Positions 7,870 to 11,322 of a DNA stretch of 11,322 nucleotides are shown one piece after another. The notes beneath the pieces are model-generated. The model worked only from the letters and a program-made list of their open reading frames with translations. It did not search any database and was not told the DNA's origin. The DNA comes from Candidatus Micrarchaeota archaeon (GTDB lineage Archaea; Micrarchaeota; Micrarchaeia; Micrarchaeales; Micrarchaeaceae): assembly GCA_964492665.1 (NCBI GenBank), contig CAZBLA010000022.1, forward strand, positions 1-11,322, given 5' to 3'. The position numbers and the translations under genes are program-made. Each line of letters opens with the position of its first letter. The stretch's first letter is position 1.

Positions 7870-8805
7870 ATGAATCCGAAACTTAATGCATTATTGGCAA
7901 AGGTCGCGGCAGTTATGCATAATGACCATGATAATATTTCTATGCCTCAGCAGCTATCCGATAATTCTAACTATTGCGACAGTAAAATTTTAACCAACCC
8001 TCTTGCATTGTACAGCCGTGGCTTATCCTCTGACAAGCTTCAAAACCGAGTTCATGTTGGCATTGATATAGGAACGGCATATACCGTTTTAATTGTACTT
8101 GATGAGCGTATGCAACCTATGACCGGCGAATACCGTTTTGCTCAGTTTGTACGTGATGGTTTAGTGGTCGATTCACAAAAAGCAATAAGCATGGTGCAGA
8201 AACTAAAACATATAGCCGAAAATAGATTGGGTTTTAAGCTTAGTTCGGCTGCTACCGCTTATCCTCCCGGCGTATTGTTGACTGAAATCAAAGCTAAACA
8301 ATATGTTGTAAATTGTGCAGGTTTTGAATGCGATCAGTCCATTAATGAGCCTACAGCGGCTAACCTCGTATTACAAATAAAAAATGGGGCAATAGTTGAT
8401 ATTGGAGGAGGTACTACCGGTATTGCTGTTGTCAATGATGGACATGTTGTGTATACTGCAGATGAGCCTACGGGAGGTACGCATTTTTCTTTGGTTATTG
8501 CCGGAGCATTGAACATAGAGTTTGAAAAAGCAGAGCTTCTAAAAAAAGATCCAAAACAGCATAGCAAGATTTATCCTCTTGTGAAGCCGGTAATGGAAAA
8601 GATAGGTACTATCGTTGCAAACCACTTATTGGACCAAGATGTTAGTACCATATATTTGGTAGGTGGTACATCTTGTTTCATTGGCATAGGTAAAGTGATC
8701 CAGAAGGTAACAGGCATAACGACTATTATACCCGCTTATCCATTGTTTATTACACCATTAGGTGTAGCAATGTTTAATGCAAATAATGATAAAGCATCCT
8801 ATTAG
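7870..8805 (+). CDS. eutJ: EutJ, actin/Hsp70-fold chaperone-like protein of the EUT microcompartment. The start is uncertain (alternative in-frame ATGs at 7915 and 7942).
   Basis: VHVGIDIGTAYTVLIVLD, INEPTAANL, VVDIGGGTTGIAVV, ADEPTGGTHFSL and IYLVGGTSC match EutJ motifs (E. coli: LGVDLGTCDVV, LDEPTAVA, VVDIGGGTTGIAIV, ADEATGGHHISL, LWLAGGSC). The 311-aa ORF is about 30 aa longer at the N-terminus than typical EutJ. The N-terminus MNPKLNALLAKVAAVM is an amphipathic helix. Confidence 0.85.
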   Translation: MNPKLNALLAKVAAVMHNDHDNISMPQQLSDNSNYCDSKILTNPLALYSRGLSSDKLQNRVHVGIDIGTAYTVLIVLDERMQPMTGEYRFAQFVRDGLVVDSQKAISMVQKLKHIAENRLGFKLSSAATAYPPGVLLTEIKAKQYVVNCAGFECDQSINEPTAANLVLQIKNGAIVDIGGGTTGIAVVNDGHVVYTADEPTGGTHFSLVIAGALNIEFEKAELLKKDPKQHSKIYPLVKPVMEKIGTIVANHLLDQDVSTIYLVGGTSCFIGIGKVIQKVTGITTIIPAYPLFITPLGVAMFNANNDKASY

Positions 8806-8988
8806 ACATAAGATTAAAGTTACATTAAAATTATGAGGATCAAGCGATATGATAACTTGAGCCGCCAGCTGCATTACTGAATTTGAACAAAATTGTACAT
8901 GAAGGAATACGGCTAATTTAGTGTAGCAATAGTACATATTGCGAGCAAAGAGTAGATATATAAATTATTATCAAGAGGAGGAATATAT

Positions 8989-9621
8989 ATGGTTAATAAT
9001 TCACACCCTTTTCAATTACGGGCATATTGCTATTTAGATCGAACCCAGCCGCAGTATTCTTCTTTCATAGGGACCGTTACCCAAGGTGATTTACTAGTAC
9101 AGGGTATGGCCTCTCTATACATAGAAGTTGCCCCCGGCAGTGATGTTTTTAATTTAGTAGATATTGCTTTAAAGGCCACTGAGGCTAGACCAGGTGCTCA
9201 GATTGTTGAGCGTGAGTTCGGCATGTTTGAAGTTCACTCACAATCACAGGAAGCTGTGCTGGAAACCGGGCGTACTGTGCTGAATCGCCTTCAATTAAAA
9301 GAAACAGATAGGGTAAAACCTAAAGTCACTTCAGCTCAATTTATAACTAACGTTGACCCCTACCAAGCTCAACTACTTAATCGTTTTCGTAGAGGAAGCA
9401 TGCTGCTTGCAAGTGATACTCTTTTAGTTCTTGAAATAGCTCCTGCAGCTTATATAAACCTTGCTGCGAATGAGGCTGAAAAAAGGGCAAATATCAAATT
9501 GATTCATGTTTCCGGTGTAGGTCGTTACGGCCGAATGTGGCTGGGTGGGACGGAGTCTGAAATGTCCACAGCTAAAGCGGCAGCTATAGCAGCAATTGGA
9601 AATATCGAAGGAAAGGAATAA
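8989..9621 (+). CDS. Divergent tandem BMC-domain-like protein (putative BMC-T shell or shell-associated protein), 210 aa
   Basis: Two repeats of about 90 aa each align by eye to the canonical BMC-H pattern ([30 protein letters not shown]...GGG....[15 protein letters not shown]). Repeat 1 is LYIEVAPGSDVFNLVDIALKATEARPGAQIV....GMFEVHSQSQEAVLETGRTVL. Repeat 2 is VLEIAPAAYINLAANEAEKRANIKLIHVSGVGRYGRMWLGGTESEMSTAKAAAIAAIG. The second repeat appears to lack the final beta-strand. No PduL motifs (RHIHLS) are present. A strong SD AAGAGGAGG lies 6 nt upstream. The call rests on motif similarity only. Confidence 0.45.
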   Translation: MVNNSHPFQLRAYCYLDRTQPQYSSFIGTVTQGDLLVQGMASLYIEVAPGSDVFNLVDIALKATEARPGAQIVEREFGMFEVHSQSQEAVLETGRTVLNRLQLKETDRVKPKVTSAQFITNVDPYQAQLLNRFRRGSMLLASDTLLVLEIAPAAYINLAANEAEKRANIKLIHVSGVGRYGRMWLGGTESEMSTAKAAAIAAIGNIEGKE

Positions 9622-9701
9622 TAAGTCCAAATATACCGTATCACAACTATTATTCAATGACGATAACAATATAATTATAATTTAAAAAAGGAGAATATAC
9701 C

Positions 9702-10160
9702 ATGAAAACATTTTATACTGAACAAGATATCAGTAATATGCATTCAAAAGGTATGGTTGAAATAGAGATAGATGATGATACGGTACTAACAGATATAGCT
9801 CGAGAGAAAGCCATTGCTGTAGGATTGCACATTAACCAGGTTAAGAGGATATGCGATCATGGAAAAAAGCTTGAGACAGATATATCTCCTACTTGTATTG
9901 CCAATAAAACACTATCACTGCCTCATGATTCTACTATCTCTTCCTACAATGAATCAATGTTATCACCTGTATCTTTATCGGATCGTAATGTCCTGGATTC
10001 AAAACTAATTAACGGTATTAAATCCGCTGTTATTGCTAAACTTGGCAATGATATTGCAATGGACAATGGCCTTTTAGAACAGATAATTTCTACTGTCCTA
10101 TTACTTTTCAATTCTAAGTCTCAATCTAATCAATTAATAGACTTTTTGCAAAACTCTTGA
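9702..10160 (+). CDS. Hypothetical BMC-associated protein: EutQ-N-terminal-like module, Ser-rich linker and two encapsulation-peptide-like amphipathic helices; no catalytic domain recognized
   Basis: A strong SD AAAAAGGAGA lies 7 nt upstream. Residues 3-45 (TFYTEQDISNMHSKGMVEIEIDDDTVLTDIAREKAIAVGLHI) align with the N-terminus of the eutQ product in this same window (FFSAADIRSLAEKDGCRYLLLASTDIITPEALDIAHEVGIQI). Residues 98-115 (LDSKLINGIKSAVIAKLG) and 123-136 (GLLEQIISTVLLLF) resemble BMC encapsulation peptides (compare EutE DIEQVVKAVLLKM). It is the last gene of the co-directional cluster. Confidence 0.6.
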   Translation: MKTFYTEQDISNMHSKGMVEIEIDDDTVLTDIAREKAIAVGLHINQVKRICDHGKKLETDISPTCIANKTLSLPHDSTISSYNESMLSPVSLSDRNVLDSKLINGIKSAVIAKLGNDIAMDNGLLEQIISTVLLLFNSKSQSNQLIDFLQNS

Positions 10161-10396
10161 AAAGAATATATCATACGATGATAATTGGAGAGCCTGAAAT
10201 TATCTCGAATGATTTCTATGAAGCAACAATAAAGAGGATAGAAAGCACATAACAAGGCGTTTAACCTTAACCATTATTCCGCTGTGCTCCATAGCGGCAG
10301 ATAAACTTGGTTGTCCCGACTTCGCCCATGTATTTGAATAAACCCTTATTCTGCGGGCTTTCTTCTTTTAAGTTAGGCACTGCAAATCTTATAAAC

Positions 10397-10440
10397 GGAT
10401 CTACGGAGAGGGACATCCATTAACCTGTAGATCTTTCTAA
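10397..10440. terminator. Hairpin plus a short T-tract in the convergent intergenic region; possible intrinsic terminator serving either strand
   Basis: The inverted repeat gGATCTAC (10397-10404) / GTAGATCt (10427-10434) forms a 7-8 bp stem with a 22-nt loop. It is followed by TTTCT on the plus strand. On the minus strand the same hairpin is followed by CGUUUAUAAGAUU. The stem is weak and the signal ambiguous. Confidence 0.25.
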
Positions 10441-10533
10441 TATCAACAGAGGCAGCAGCTGAGGGTGGAATGAATCTGTCTTTGCTTAGATGGTGAACTA
10501 TTAAGAGAGAAGAGGCTTTATCAACAGCCTGTA

Positions 10534-10851
10534 TTATCTTGAACCCTTGCAAAACTCAACATTTTGCTTTTCAACATATTCGTCGGAAGGGTCAAGTTTT
10601 TCATCTATTTTATAGAGATAAACCAGCACCCTTGCTATAGCTTGGTATAAATCGGGTGGTATTTGGATATTCACATCAAGTTTGACAAGTTCTTCGACAA
10701 GGGCACTGTTTTCTATTACAGGTATATTATTCTCTCTCGCTACGGCTCTAATTCTTTGAGCTGCTTGTCCTGAGCCGGCTGCGACAAGCTTTGGAGCATC
10801 CATACTTTTTTTGTATAGAAGTGCGGCTGCTTTTTTATCCTTTATAAGCAA
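10534..10851 (-). CDS. Small FlhB C-terminal-domain-like protein (YlqH/FhlB-domain family, type III export-apparatus switch protein paralog); apparent TTG start
   Basis: KKAAALLYKKSMDAPKLVAAGSGQAAQRIRAVARENNIPVIENSALVEELVKLDVNIQIPPDLYQAIARVLVYLYKI matches the FlhB cytoplasmic C-terminal fragment pattern (AVAL+YD....APKVVAKG.G..A..I...A.E..IP+.E...L...L......IP..LY.AVA.IL.FVY). There is no in-frame ATG; the first codon is TTG at 10851. It overlaps the upstream ORF by 17 nt. Confidence 0.65.
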   Translation of the reverse strand: MLIKDKKAAALLYKKSMDAPKLVAAGSGQAAQRIRAVARENNIPVIENSALVEELVKLDVNIQIPPDLYQAIARVLVYLYKIDEKLDPSDEYVEKQNVEFCKGSR

Positions 10852-11245
10852 AATTTCCCAGCCCTCTCAACGTAATTGATAATACAAACCCGCTGTCTTT
10901 TGTTTTATTGCCATTGGTAAGTACTGCAGGAATATCTCGTGTAAACATCGAAAGATCTACCCCCCAGCATGATTGTTTTATAACCAGATCAAATTGATTG
11001 TTTGAAAAAAAACGGTTCATTATATCGTAGTCGTTTGTAGTTGACATGCTAAATGATTTTGATATCGGCAAAGCAAGTTCCGTATTTATCTGTTCCGATT
11101 GTTTTTCAAAATTGCTGTCTTTGCTGAGTTCATAGCCTATCTTTGCCGTAACTTTACCGATATATGATATATCACTGCTGAGATCGACAAGTTGATGTTT
11201 GTAATAATCATAATGCAGCCTAAGATTATAGTTGATTTTACTCAT
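10835..11245 (-). CDS. Hypothetical protein (136 aa), upstream partner of the FlhB-C-like gene; function unknown
   Basis: It is an open frame in an AT-rich context. It is translationally coupled at both ends: TGAATG with an upstream partial ORF, and a 17-nt overlap with the downstream gene. It has no obvious SD and I recognized no family motif. Confidence 0.4.
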   Translation of the reverse strand: MSKINYNLRLHYDYYKHQLVDLSSDISYIGKVTAKIGYELSKDSNFEKQSEQINTELALPISKSFSMSTTNDYDIMNRFFSNNQFDLVIKQSCWGVDLSMFTRDIPAVLTNGNKTKDSGFVLSITLRGLGNFAYKG

Positions 11246-11322
11246 ATTCAGTTCAAAATCAATAAAGATAGGTTCGAGCGGCTTTTGATGGCGGAATAAC
11301 CTATCAATATCATAAGGCTGGG
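11246..11322 (-). CDS. Possible 3' end of an upstream minus-strand gene (partial, runs off the window)
   Basis: It is open from the window edge in frame ...PSLMILIGYSAIKSRSNLSLLILN*. The TGA stop abuts the ATG of the 136-aa ORF. Only 25 codons are visible. Confidence 0.2.

Noticed and set aside
8989-9621. Identification of the 210-aa protein as PduL-type phosphotransacylase (same size class and expected in Firmicute eut loci)
   Set aside because: The duplicated PduL active-site motifs (..NRHIHLS.. and ..QRHIHMS..) are absent. The residue patterning instead follows the BMC-domain helix-strand order.
8334-9669. Minus-strand ORFs 8334-8567 (in eutJ) and 9424-9669 (in the BMC-T-like gene)
   Set aside because: They are antisense to homology-supported genes, with no SD.
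10161-10190. Hairpin TATCAT-acg-ATGATA immediately after the last EUT gene stop, as a terminator
   Set aside because: It is a 6-bp all-A/T stem with no downstream U-tract, so it is unlikely to be a stable intrinsic terminator.
1-11322. CRISPR arrays, IS elements, tRNA or rRNA genes, long direct repeats
   Set aside because: I saw no repeat-spacer periodicity, no transposase-like ORF, no terminal inverted repeats and no tRNA-like cloverleaf candidates by eye. The only tandem repeat seen is a 2x TTAACC hexamer (10261-10272).

Overview
This window is the core of an ethanolamine-utilization (EUT) bacterial microcompartment (BMC) locus. Ten co-directional plus-strand genes fill 113-10160. They are followed by a 373-nt intergenic region with hairpins, then a minus-strand pair: a small FlhB-C-terminal-domain-like protein and a hypothetical protein. 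By eye the sequence is AT-rich (roughly 40% GC), a Firmicutes-like composition.

The plus-strand genes are:
- pentameric vertex protein (EutN/PduN/CcmL family)
- EutA reactivase
- EutB and EutC ethanolamine ammonia-lyase subunits
- EutL shell trimer
- EutE acetylating aldehyde dehydrogenase
- a EutM-type BMC-H hexamer
- EutQ-like cupin protein
- EutJ actin/Hsp70-fold chaperone
- a divergent 210-aa protein with two BMC-like repeats
- a 152-aa protein with no catalytic domain, which pairs a EutQ-N-terminal-like module with two encapsulation-peptide-like amphipathic helices.

Assignments rest on recalled family motifs and recalled reference sequences; no database search was possible. The enzymes and shell proteins are ordinary EUT components. 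The unusual features are:
- the gene order eutN-A-B-C-L-E-M-Q-J
- the aldehyde dehydrogenase's encapsulation-peptide-like helix sitting at the C-terminus instead of the N-terminus
- a 64-codon open in-frame leader on the BMC-H gene, with Shine-Dalgarno sequences before both possible starts
- the duplicated EutQ-N module
- the unclassified BMC-T-like protein.

Within this window I found no EutT, EutD/PduL, EutH, EutG or EutS/EutK genes, no regulator (EutR or EutV/W), and no AdoCbl riboswitch.
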